Source: Candidatus Gottesmanbacteria bacterium (GTDB lineage Bacteria; Patescibacteriota; Microgenomatia; JAMCYU01). Taken from it: a DNA stretch of 64,000 nucleotides. The stretch is taken from the NCBI GenBank assembly GCA_043801155.1, contig JAZDMI010000021.1, positions 194,683-258,682 of the forward strand, read 5' to 3'. The notes under the pieces are model-generated. The model made no database searches and was not told where the DNA came from. It saw only the letters and a list, made by a program, of their open reading frames with translations. This document shows positions 1 to 8,404 of this stretch, piece after piece. The position numbers and the translations under genes are program-made. The first letter of the stretch is position 1. The number at the start of each line of letters is the position of its first letter.

Positions 1-327
1 ATTCCCGAAGGATTTACTGAAAATAATGAAGAACCATTAGATTCAGCTAAACGTGAGCTTATCGAGGAAACAGGTATTAAAGCACAAATATGGAAAGAGT
101 TAGGTTACGCCTATTTAGCAGTAGGCCATACTAATCAAAAATATTTTATTTTTATAGCGGAGAAATTAAATTTCCTTACTAAGATTAAGCCGGGGGACGA
201 GATAGAAGAAATTGCCAAATTTAATTTAAAACAGATTAGAGATATGATACTTAATAATATTATTACGGATGCAGTATCTCTTACATCTTTATATAAATAT
301 TTTCTAGTTTCAGGGAGGAGATTATGA
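1..327 (+). CDS. NUDIX hydrolase, C-terminal fragment (5' end outside window)
   Basis: Frame-1 ORF open from base 1; translation contains the Nudix box ...SAKRELIEETGI... (G-x5-E-x7-REUxEExGU pattern). It ends with TGA at 325-327, overlapping the next ATG (ATGA). Confidence 0.55.
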   Translation: MPEGFTENNEEPLDSAKRELIEETGIKAQIWKELGYAYLAVGHTNQKYFIFIAEKLNFLTKIKPGDEIEEIAKFNLKQIRDMILNNIITDAVSLTSLYKYFLVSGRRL

Positions 328-1337
328 AGCTACTTGTAACCGGTGGGGCGGGTTTTATTGGCGCTAATTTTATTCTTTTTTGGCTCAAAAGCCATCCACA
401 AGATCAAATTGTCAACCTTGATAATCTTACTTACGCCGGAAATTTAGATAATCTTAAAAGTATTGAGGACAAATCTAATTATCAATTTATCAAGGGTGAT
501 ATTTGTGATGGCAAGATCGTTAGCCAGGTAATGAAAGATATTGATATTGTTGTTCATTTTGCCGCGGAATCACATGTTGACCGTTCCATTTTGGGTCCGG
601 CTGTTTTTGTCCAAACTAATGTTGTCGGGACACAGGTTCTCTTAGAAAATGCGCTAAAACACAAGGTAAAACGGTTCCATCATATTTCTACTGATGAGGT
701 TTTCGGAAGCCTTGAACTTGACAATCCGAGTAAATTTAATGAACGAACAATTTATAATCCCAGAAGCCCATATTCAGCCAGCAAAGCAGGTTCAGATCAC
801 CTTGTTAGATCATATTATCATACATACGGACTACCAATAACTATCAGCAACTGTTCAAACAATTTTGGACCGTATCAATTCCCAGAAAAATTTATACCAT
901 TGGCAATAACAAATATTTTAGAGGATAAAAAGGTCCCTGTTTATGGCGATGGATTGTATGTACGGGATTGGTTATATGTCGAAGATCATTGCCGGGCCAT
1001 TGAAAAGATATTAATAAATGGGAAAATAGGGGAGACATATTGTGTTGGCGGTTTAACTGATGAGATTAATAATTTAACCATCATCAAGAAAATATTAAAA
1101 TTACTTAATAAAAATGAAGATTATATAGAATTTGTTAAAGACAGACCGGGTCATGACCGGCGTTATGCTGTTGATTGGACAAAAATTAACAATGAATTAA
1201 GTTGGCAGCCTCTCTATGACTTCGATACCTGGCTTGCTAAAACCGTGGATTGGTATAAAACTAACGAATCTTGGTGGTGCCGGGTTAGATCTGGGGAATA
1301 CCAAAAGTACTATAAAATCCAGTACGGGAGAAAATAA
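324..1337 (+). CDS. rfbB: dTDP-glucose 4,6-dehydratase (RmlB/RfbB)
   Basis: N-terminal Rossmann motif VTGGAGFIGANF, catalytic YSASKAGSDHLVRSY, conserved NLDNLTYAGNLDNL and DRPGHDRRYA segments typical of RmlB. GGAGG RBS 6 nt upstream. Confidence 0.85.
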   Translation: MKLLVTGGAGFIGANFILFWLKSHPQDQIVNLDNLTYAGNLDNLKSIEDKSNYQFIKGDICDGKIVSQVMKDIDIVVHFAAESHVDRSILGPAVFVQTNVVGTQVLLENALKHKVKRFHHISTDEVFGSLELDNPSKFNERTIYNPRSPYSASKAGSDHLVRSYYHTYGLPITISNCSNNFGPYQFPEKFIPLAITNILEDKKVPVYGDGLYVRDWLYVEDHCRAIEKILINGKIGETYCVGGLTDEINNLTIIKKILKLLNKNEDYIEFVKDRPGHDRRYAVDWTKINNELSWQPLYDFDTWLAKTVDWYKTNESWWCRVRSGEYQKYYKIQYGRK

Positions 1338-1346
1338 TCTTCAAAT

Positions 1347-2279
1347 ATGAAAATTAAAATACTAGGTACAGGTTTGACAGGATTAGTGGGATCGAGGATT
1401 GTCGAGTTACTAAGTGATCACTGCGAATTTGAGAATCTAAGTTTAGAGACGGGAGTTGATATTACCAATAGGGAACAGGTGAAAAAAAGAATAGTTGACT
1501 CCCCTGCCAGGGTAATACTGCATTTAGCTGCTAAAACAGATGTTGACGGGTGTGAAAATGATAGGGAAAAAGATATAAAAATATTAAAAAATAATGACTT
1601 TGACCAACAAAAAAATATTTGGCAAAAAGAAAAAACAGCCTGGTGGATTAATGTAGAAGGGACTAAAAATATTGTTGCAGCGGCTAAAAAATCTAACAAA
1701 AAAATGATCTATATTTCGACAGATTTTATTTTTGACGGAACGAAAGATTTTTATGATGAAAACGACATTCCTAATCCGGTAAATTGGTATGGTGTGACCA
1801 AATATGAAGGAGAAAAAATAATTCGAAAATCCGGACTATCATTTTTAATTTGCCGGATTGCATTTCCCTACCGAGCTAAATTTGCATTAAGAAAAGATTT
1901 TTTAAGAGGAATTTTAGAAAAATTACAGGCAGGTCAAAAGCTATCATTGGTAAAGGATGAAATTATTACACCAACCTTTATTGATGATATCGCCAACGCC
2001 TTGGATTTCTTGATAAACAAGAAGGCGACCGGTATTTATCATGTTGTTGGCAGTAGTTCACACACACCTTTAGAAATCGCTTATTCAATTACCAGACTGT
2101 TCTCTTTGGATAAAGAATTAATAAGCGAGACTACCCGAGATCTATATTTTTCCGGCCGCGCATCTCGCCCCTTTTCTTTAATATTAAAAAATGATAAACT
2201 AAAAAAATTAGGTATCACAATGTCCGTATTTACAGATGGACTTAATAAAATTAAATCCCAATTATTAATTTCAAATTAA
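1347..2279 (+). CDS. rfbD: dTDP-4-dehydrorhamnose reductase-like (RmlD family), with an internal insertion
   Basis: Short Rossmann start ILGTGLTGLVGSRIVELL, catalytic YGVTKYEGEK (YxxxK), about 310 aa, immediately downstream of rfbB. No rmlA or rmlC in the window. Confidence 0.6.
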   Translation: MKIKILGTGLTGLVGSRIVELLSDHCEFENLSLETGVDITNREQVKKRIVDSPARVILHLAAKTDVDGCENDREKDIKILKNNDFDQQKNIWQKEKTAWWINVEGTKNIVAAAKKSNKKMIYISTDFIFDGTKDFYDENDIPNPVNWYGVTKYEGEKIIRKSGLSFLICRIAFPYRAKFALRKDFLRGILEKLQAGQKLSLVKDEIITPTFIDDIANALDFLINKKATGIYHVVGSSSHTPLEIAYSITRLFSLDKELISETTRDLYFSGRASRPFSLILKNDKLKKLGITMSVFTDGLNKIKSQLLISN

Positions 2280-2280
2280 T

Positions 2281-3573
2281 ATGGTAATTTCAGTTATCGG
2301 TCATGGATATGTAGGTTTAGTAACAGCGGCAGTGTTTGCCGATTTAGGCAATACAATTTGGTGTGTTGGGAGAACAAAAGAGAAAATCGATTTGTTAAAA
2401 AAAGGAGCGATGCCTTTTTTTGAACCGGGTCTTACTGAATTAGTAGCTAAAAATATCGCTGCGGGGAGATTAAAATTTACCTTATCGTACAAGGACGCTA
2501 TCCCGTCATCTAACGTAATATTTATTTGCGTTGGTACGCCTTCCCTAGATAACGGAGAAGCTGATTTATCTCAAGTTTTTGCTGCGGCCAAAAGCATTGC
2601 CGAGAACTTAGTTGATGGAAAAACAATTGTTGTCAAAAGTACAGTCCCGGTAGGAACAACAAAAGAAGTAGCTAAAATTATTAATGACAATAAACCGAAA
2701 AAAGTTAATTTTGAAATAGCCTTTGTTCCGGAATTTTTAAGAGAAGGAAGTGCTCTTGACGATACTCTTCATCCTGACAGAATTGTTCTAGGTATGGAAT
2801 CGACTAATGCTCTCAAAGTTCTACTCAAGCTTCACAAACCAATCGACGGTCAATTCGTAATAACAAATATTCCATCAGCGGAAATTATAAAGTATGCGGC
2901 TAACTCACTTTTAGCCACTAAAATTTCTTTCAGTAATAATATTGCTTTTCTCTGTGAAAAAGTTGGCGCCGATGTTGAAAAAGTATTAGACGGGGTAGGT
3001 TTAGATAAACGATTGGGACGAAATTTCCTCTATCCGGGAGTTGGATATGGGGGAAGCTGTTTCCCCAAAGACGTTAAAGCATTAATTTCGACCTTGAACA
3101 AATATGAACTCCCAGCTAAGCTTTTTGAAGCCGTCGAAGAAGTTAATAAAATGGCGGCTGATAATTTTATTAATAAAATCACTGAGGTTTTAGGAAACAA
3201 TTTGACCGGTAAAACAATTGGAGTCTTAGGTCTTTCATTTAAACCAAATACTGACGATATGCGTGAAGCTCCCTCAATCAAAATTATTACTGCTTTGCAA
3301 CGAAAAGGAGCTAAAATCCGGGCTTTTGACCCGGTAGCGATGCCAAAAACCCAAGAAATTTTTAAAGATATTACTTATTGTAAAAATTCGGAAGATGTTT
3401 CCAGAGGCGCAGACGCATTATTAATTGTTACTGAATGGAATGATTTTAAACAACTCAATCTGGCAAAGATTAAAAAATTAATGAAAAGAGCGGTAATTAT
3501 TGATGGTCGAAATATATACAACCGCGCCGAGGTAGAAAAACTAGGATTTATATACCAAGGAGTTGGTAAATAA
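2281..3573 (+). CDS. ugd: UDP-glucose 6-dehydrogenase (nucleotide-sugar dehydrogenase family)
   Basis: N-terminal VIGHGYVGLVTAAVFADLGN dinucleotide fold, catalytic cysteine motif GGSCFPKDV, C-terminal UDP-binding domain, 430 aa. Confidence 0.8.
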   Translation: MVISVIGHGYVGLVTAAVFADLGNTIWCVGRTKEKIDLLKKGAMPFFEPGLTELVAKNIAAGRLKFTLSYKDAIPSSNVIFICVGTPSLDNGEADLSQVFAAAKSIAENLVDGKTIVVKSTVPVGTTKEVAKIINDNKPKKVNFEIAFVPEFLREGSALDDTLHPDRIVLGMESTNALKVLLKLHKPIDGQFVITNIPSAEIIKYAANSLLATKISFSNNIAFLCEKVGADVEKVLDGVGLDKRLGRNFLYPGVGYGGSCFPKDVKALISTLNKYELPAKLFEAVEEVNKMAADNFINKITEVLGNNLTGKTIGVLGLSFKPNTDDMREAPSIKIITALQRKGAKIRAFDPVAMPKTQEIFKDITYCKNSEDVSRGADALLIVTEWNDFKQLNLAKIKKLMKRAVIIDGRNIYNRAEVEKLGFIYQGVGK

Positions 3574-3579
3574 CATTTT

Positions 3580-3606
3580 CCCTAGCCTAAAAATCTAGGG
3601 TTTTTC
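3580..3606 (+). terminator. Putative intrinsic terminator after ugd
   Basis: CCCTAG-(9 nt loop)-CTAGGG hairpin immediately followed by TTTTT, 7 nt after the ugd stop codon. Confidence 0.5.
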
Positions 3607-3645
3607 AAACCTTTAAAGGAAAATGTTTAAACTGCTTCAATTCAT

Positions 3646-3665
3646 CCGCGCAATGAATTGCGCGG
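3646..3665. promoter_or_regulatory. Perfect 9-bp inverted repeat (CCGCGCAAT-GA-ATTGCGCGG), candidate operator upstream of the rmd-like gene
   Basis: GC-rich palindrome in an otherwise AT-rich 137-bp intergenic region. The flanks (CTTCAA ... TTGAAG) extend the symmetry. No following T-tract, so it is unlikely to be a terminator. TTGAAG and TATAAT-like hexamers and an AGGAGG RBS follow, before the ATG at 3711. Confidence 0.35.
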
Positions 3666-3710
3666 TATTCTTGAAGCATTATATAAAAATATTGATTATA
3701 ATCAGGAGGA

Positions 3711-4670
3711 ATGATGGTTAAGAAAGCACTGATAACGGGTATTACTGGTTTCGCCGGTAGTCATTTAGCCGAATTATTACTTAAAGAAGGTATTGAGGTC
3801 TATGGGACGACGAGACCACGAAGTAAAACAGACAATATCGATCTGATTAAAAATAAACTAAAACTTCAGGATGCCGATATAATGGATTCTCATAGTTTAT
3901 ATTCTGTATTTGTTGAGGTAAAACCTGATTATATTTTCCATTTAGCCGCTCAATCGTTTGTCCAGACCTCATGGGCTTCCCCAGCAACGACTATGGAGAT
4001 GAACGTTGTCGGTAGTGTTCATTTATTTGAAGCTATTAGAAGAGCCCAAATAAATCCGGTAATTCAAATTGCTTGTTCGTCAGAAGAATATGGATTAGTC
4101 TATCCTAACGAACTACCGATCAAAGAAGATAATCCTTTACGGCCTCAATCTCCATATGCTGTTTCTAAAGTAGCGATGGACTATTTGGGATATCAATATT
4201 GGCAAAGTTATAAAATGAGAATTATCAGAACGAGGGGTTTTAATCATACAGGACCGAGGAGAGGCGAAGTATTTGTTACCAGTAATTTTGCTAAACAAAT
4301 TGCCGAAATTGAAAAAAAGAAAAAAGAGCCGGTAATTGAAGTAGGAAATTTAGAAGCACAGAGAGACTGGACAGATGTTCGTGATATGGTGAGTGCATAT
4401 TTAATGGCAGTTGAAAAAGGGAAAGCCGGCGAAGTTTATAATATTTGCTCAGGTCAGACGATTAAAGTCAAAGATGTTCTTGATATGTTGTTAGCGATGA
4501 GTAAGGTTAAGGTTAAGATTAAACAAGATCCGGCCAGACTCCGGCCATCAGATGTGACGATTCTTTTAGGAGATAACAGTAAATTTCGGAAAGCAACGGG
4601 TTGGAAACCGAAGATTCCTTTTAAAAAGACCATGGAAGACCTTCTCAATTATTGGCGAGAAAGAGTCTAA
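3711..4670 (+). CDS. rmd: GDP-mannose 4,6-dehydratase-family short-chain dehydrogenase/reductase, most like GDP-4-dehydro-6-deoxy-D-mannose reductase (Rmd, makes GDP-D-rhamnose)
   Basis: ITGITGFAGSHLAE Rossmann motif, YAVSKVAMD (YxxxK), NHTGPRRGEVFVTSNFAKQIAEIE and GNLEAQRDWTDVRDMV blocks shared by GMD and Rmd. Length 319 aa without the GMD C-terminal extension favours Rmd. No gmd in the window. Confidence 0.55.
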   Translation: MMVKKALITGITGFAGSHLAELLLKEGIEVYGTTRPRSKTDNIDLIKNKLKLQDADIMDSHSLYSVFVEVKPDYIFHLAAQSFVQTSWASPATTMEMNVVGSVHLFEAIRRAQINPVIQIACSSEEYGLVYPNELPIKEDNPLRPQSPYAVSKVAMDYLGYQYWQSYKMRIIRTRGFNHTGPRRGEVFVTSNFAKQIAEIEKKKKEPVIEVGNLEAQRDWTDVRDMVSAYLMAVEKGKAGEVYNICSGQTIKVKDVLDMLLAMSKVKVKIKQDPARLRPSDVTILLGDNSKFRKATGWKPKIPFKKTMEDLLNYWRERV

Positions 4671-4688
4671 TTTCTTATCAAATGTCAA

Positions 4689-5648
4689 ATGTCAAACACG
4701 AAATATCTAATAGTTGGTGGAGCGGGATTTATCGGATCGCATCTTTGTGATGAACTTCTCAATAGGGGCGATGAGGTTTTTTGTATTGATAATTTTATTA
4801 CCGGAAATAAAAAAAACATCGAACACCTTATTAAAAACTCATCATTTCATCTTATCGAATGGGATATTACTAAAACATTAGATAAAAATCTTCAATCTCA
4901 AATATCTACTGTTCAGTTTATTTATCATTTAGCCTCGCCTGCCAGCCCGATACAGTATCAAAGATTCCCGATTGAAACTTTATTAGCCAACTCACTGGGA
5001 ACATACAATCTTTTAATGTTGGCTAAAGAAATTAATGCCAGATTTTTATATGCTTCCTCCAGCGAAATCTATGGTGATCCGTTACAACATCCTCAAAAAG
5101 AGCCATATTGGGGTAATGTCAATCCGATTGGTATTCGTTCTTGTTATGATGAAGGGAAAAGATTCGGTGAAGCGATTATAATGGCGTTTATTCGCAAGTT
5201 TGATCTTGATTGCCGGCTGGCAAGGATTTTTAATACTTATGGACCGAGAATGGAAAAAGAAGATGGTCGTGTTGTCTCTAATTTTATTGTCCAGGCATTG
5301 TTAGGCAAACCAATTACGGTGTATGGTGATGGTAGTCAAACAAGAAGCTTTTGTTTTGTATCTGATATGGTTGCGGGTTTAATGAAATTAATGGAAGAAG
5401 AAAAAGCTCGAGGAGAAGTTTTTAACTTGGGTAATCCTGAAGAATACACGATCCTAGAAATTGCGAGGAAAATTAAGGACCGAACCGCGTCTGTATCGGA
5501 AATAAAATTTAATGATTTACCAGAAGATGATCCTGTCCGGCGCCAACCGGATATTACTCGGGCTAAGCAGATTTTAGGATGGCAGCCGATCATTAGTATT
5601 GATCAGGGTCTTGGTCAAACGATTAAGTATTTTGAATCTATTTTATGA
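4689..5648 (+). CDS. uxs: UDP-glucuronate decarboxylase (UDP-xylose synthase, UXS/ArnA-decarboxylase family)
   Basis: VGGAGFIGSHLCDELL Rossmann motif and the UXS hallmark SCYDEGKRFGEA (catalytic YxxxK within YDEGKR), about 320 aa. Located downstream of ugd, which supplies UDP-GlcA. Confidence 0.75.
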   Translation: MSNTKYLIVGGAGFIGSHLCDELLNRGDEVFCIDNFITGNKKNIEHLIKNSSFHLIEWDITKTLDKNLQSQISTVQFIYHLASPASPIQYQRFPIETLLANSLGTYNLLMLAKEINARFLYASSSEIYGDPLQHPQKEPYWGNVNPIGIRSCYDEGKRFGEAIIMAFIRKFDLDCRLARIFNTYGPRMEKEDGRVVSNFIVQALLGKPITVYGDGSQTRSFCFVSDMVAGLMKLMEEEKARGEVFNLGNPEEYTILEIARKIKDRTASVSEIKFNDLPEDDPVRRQPDITRAKQILGWQPIISIDQGLGQTIKYFESIL

Positions 5649-6772
5649 AAGTTGTTATAATTTTACCTACTTATAATGAGAAAGGGAACATTAAACTTCT
5701 CATTGAGCAAATCGAAAAGATTTTTGATCGGATAAATAATTATTCATTTGATATTTTAGTTGTCGATGATTCATCTCCTGATGGGACAGCCTCGGAAGTT
5801 TCAATTGTTCAGAATACATATAAGAACGTTTATCTCTTGGTAAATAAAAAGAAAATCGGTTTAGGTAAAGCATTATTAGTTGGTATGGACTATGCTATCC
5901 AAAAATTGCACGCAGAAGTTCTTCTTGAAATGGATGCTGATTTATCTCATGATCCGAAAAAAATTCCGGAATTTCTTGAAAAAATTGACAAAGGTGCAGA
6001 TTTTGTTATCGGTAGTCGTTATATTAAAGGTGGTTCGATTCCGGAGCGGTGGGGAATTCACCGAAAACTTTTTAGCCGGATTGGTAATATACTGGTTAGG
6101 AGCATTTTGGGAATTTTCCGAATTCATGAATGGACCAGTGGTTTTAGAGCCGTAAGAAGTCGTTTTTTTGAAGACTCTAAAAATGATTTATCTGATTTTA
6201 GCGGCTATACTTTTCAAGTTGCCTTTCTTTATAAAAGTCTTATGAGAGGAGCTAAAATTGTCGAGGTCCCGATTAATTTTTCGGAACGATATTACGGCCG
6301 TTCTAAACTTGCCCCATTAGAATATATATCTAATTTACTTTTTTATCTTATAACTACCCGACTCAATGAATTATGGAAGAATGGATTTATAAAATTTTGT
6401 ATTGTCGGAACAATCGGTTTTTTGGTCAATCTAGTCGGTTTGGAATTCTTTTTCAATTTAGGTGTAAGACCAGGTCCGGCTGCTGCATTAGGAGCAGAAA
6501 TAGCCATTGTGTCGAATTTCTTGTTTAATAATTTTTGGACTTTTTCTGGCGAAAAAATAGTAACAATAACAAGATTAATTATGAAATTTATTCAATTTAA
6601 TGTAACCTCTGCAGGAGCGGTGCTTATACAAGGAATAGTCGTTGGATTAGGAACTCATATTTATGGGGATGAATCACGGCGAATTTTTTTAGTTCTGGCG
6701 ATTATTTTTTTCATTATTCCCTACAGCTGGTTTATCTATAACCGAATTATTTGGAAAACTCATGGAAAATGA
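5645..6772 (+). CDS. GT2 polyprenyl-phosphate glycosyltransferase (Dpm1/GtrB/ArnC-like) fused to a C-terminal GtrA-like 4-TM flippase domain
   Basis: N-terminal VVIILPTYNEKGNI...VVDDSSPDGT (GT2 DxD region), EMDADLSHDP, GSRY. The C-terminal 120 aa (FIKFCIVGTIGFLVNLVGLEFFF...) match GtrA-family topology. ATGA overlap with uxs. Confidence 0.7.
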   Translation: MKVVIILPTYNEKGNIKLLIEQIEKIFDRINNYSFDILVVDDSSPDGTASEVSIVQNTYKNVYLLVNKKKIGLGKALLVGMDYAIQKLHAEVLLEMDADLSHDPKKIPEFLEKIDKGADFVIGSRYIKGGSIPERWGIHRKLFSRIGNILVRSILGIFRIHEWTSGFRAVRSRFFEDSKNDLSDFSGYTFQVAFLYKSLMRGAKIVEVPINFSERYYGRSKLAPLEYISNLLFYLITTRLNELWKNGFIKFCIVGTIGFLVNLVGLEFFFNLGVRPGPAAALGAEIAIVSNFLFNNFWTFSGEKIVTITRLIMKFIQFNVTSAGAVLIQGIVVGLGTHIYGDESRRIFLVLAIIFFIIPYSWFIYNRIIWKTHGK

Positions 6773-8309
6773 AACGAATAATAATAAATTTAGAATTAAA
6801 AAGTTAATTCCTCTGATAGTCTTCTTAGGTATTTTTTTACTGGCTTCGGTTATTCGTTTATACAGGATTGCTGACTATATGACTTTTTTAGGTGATGAGG
6901 GCAGGGATGTTTTAGTTGTTAAACGGATGATTGTTGACCATAAACTTACTTTGTTAGGACCGACTGCGTCTGTCGGAGGATTTTTCTTAGGCCCGATATA
7001 TTACTATTTTATGCTGCCTTTTTTATGGCTTTTTCAACTGGATCCTGTTGGACCAGCAGTCATGGTGGCTCTTTTTGGGATTGCGACAGTTGTTTTAATT
7101 TATAAAGTCGGTAAAGATATGTTTAATACTAAAACCGGACTTACCGCTTCTATATTATACTCAATTTCACCACTGGTCATCGCCTATTCACGCTCGTCAT
7201 GGAATCCAAATCTGGTACCTTTTTTTTCGTTAGCTTTTATATATAGTTTATGGTTAACCGTGTGTGGCAAATGGCATTATTTATTTTTAACAGGCGTAAT
7301 TTTTGGTATTGGATTACAGCTTCACTACCTGTTTGCTTTTCTCCTGCCAATGGCTATAATTCTTTTTCTGATATATGGACGAAACCTGAAAAAGATTAAA
7401 TACTACCTATTGGGACTACTGGGATTTATTGTTGGATATTCACCTTTTTTAGCTTTTGAGTTTCGTCATGGATTCCCTAATACGCAAACCGTACTAAAAT
7501 TTATTTTTTCGGCAAAAGATACCGGATTCACCGGTGCAAAATTTACCTCAATTATTCAAGATGTGACATTCAGACTTTTTGGCAGACTGGTTGATAATTA
7601 TCCTGACCCGGGATGGTTAGCCAATATGCCAAAAAACGAACAGAGTTTTTATTGGATTCTTACGATTATTACCATAACTATTTCTCTAGGAACCTTATTA
7701 ATTAAATTGGTAAGAACCAAAGATAAATCTTATGTTCTTTTATTTTTATGGTTTTTAAGCGGAATTCTGCTCTTTGGTTTTTATAAGAAAGCAATTTATG
7801 ATTATTATTTAGGCTTTATGTTTACCCTACCATTTTTATTGGTTGGATCAGCTTTTTCCTTTTGGTTGCACAGAAAAAATACAATCATTAAATTGGCGAC
7901 CATTTCTATATTATGTTTAATTTTATGGGTTAATTGGGAAGGAAGGCCATTCAGATCTCCTCCTAATCGGCAGCTGGCACAAACTAAAGAAATCTCTCGT
8001 TTTGTATTAAATAAAACTGGCGGTAAGCCCTTCAATTTTGCCTTAGTGACCGGACAAAATTCTGATCATGCCTACCGATATTTTTTTGAAATCTGGGGGA
8101 ACAAGCCGACAACAATTGAGAATCCGGTAATAGATCCAAATAGAAAATCAGTTACACCACAGTTATTAGTTATTTGTGAAAACATAACGTGTCAACCCCT
8201 AGGAAATTCACTTTGGGAAATTGCTGGTTTCGGCCGAGCCGAAATCGAAGGTGAATGGGATGTCTCAGTAGTTAAAGTTTTCAAACTTGGACGTTATAAA
8301 GGGATTTGA
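6762..8309 (+). CDS. Polytopic membrane glycosyltransferase, GT-C superfamily ('family C' paralog 1)
   Basis: About 12 predicted TM helices. First-loop motif RLYRIADYMTFLGDEGRDVLVVKRMI, shared with ORFs 39842-41290(-), 51948-53426 and 55110-56672. It ends the ugd-uxs-GT2 module as ArnT does in Arn operons. Confidence 0.55.
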   Translation: MENETNNNKFRIKKLIPLIVFLGIFLLASVIRLYRIADYMTFLGDEGRDVLVVKRMIVDHKLTLLGPTASVGGFFLGPIYYYFMLPFLWLFQLDPVGPAVMVALFGIATVVLIYKVGKDMFNTKTGLTASILYSISPLVIAYSRSSWNPNLVPFFSLAFIYSLWLTVCGKWHYLFLTGVIFGIGLQLHYLFAFLLPMAIILFLIYGRNLKKIKYYLLGLLGFIVGYSPFLAFEFRHGFPNTQTVLKFIFSAKDTGFTGAKFTSIIQDVTFRLFGRLVDNYPDPGWLANMPKNEQSFYWILTIITITISLGTLLIKLVRTKDKSYVLLFLWFLSGILLFGFYKKAIYDYYLGFMFTLPFLLVGSAFSFWLHRKNTIIKLATISILCLILWVNWEGRPFRSPPNRQLAQTKEISRFVLNKTGGKPFNFALVTGQNSDHAYRYFFEIWGNKPTTIENPVIDPNRKSVTPQLLVICENITCQPLGNSLWEIAGFGRAEIEGEWDVSVVKVFKLGRYKGI

Positions 8310-8368
8310 AGTATATAATTATTATAAGATTCTATTATGTAATTGATATATCTTTAAAAAATTCTTCT

Positions 8369-8397
8369 TTGCAAAATAAATAGCTTTCCTTTACAAT
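8369..8397 (+). promoter_or_regulatory. Sigma70-like promoter TTGCAA-17-TACAAT upstream of the ABC transporter genes
   Basis: TTGCAA at 8369-8374, 17-bp spacer, TACAAT at 8392-8397. The ATG at 8405 is only 7 nt downstream, so the transcript has a very short leader or is leaderless. Confidence 0.45.
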
Positions 8398-8404
8398 TAA
8401 AATC

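Noticed and set aside
1418-1699. Antisense ORFs of 60-111 aa nested inside the large + strand genes (for example 1418-1699, 2301-2492, 3030-3281, 4454-4648, 5336-5593, 35114-35449, and many others in the track)
   Set aside because: All lie entirely within longer, motif-supported CDS on the opposite strand. Their translations are low-complexity and carry no recognisable motifs. They are the A/T-rich frame artefacts expected in low-GC DNA.
3646-3665. GC-rich palindrome considered as a second rho-independent terminator
   Set aside because: No T-tract follows it. A proper hairpin with T5 already lies 40 bp upstream. The symmetric flanks fit a protein-binding operator better.
5880-6155. Same-strand alternative-frame ORFs (5880-6155, 11191-11376, 14865-15122, 23893-24105, 27345-27569, 33086-33295, 34505-34699, 35458-35730, 40395-40580, 42561-42797, 60119-60304)
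   Set aside because: They are embedded in well-supported longer genes in another frame, and nothing suggests programmed frameshifting.
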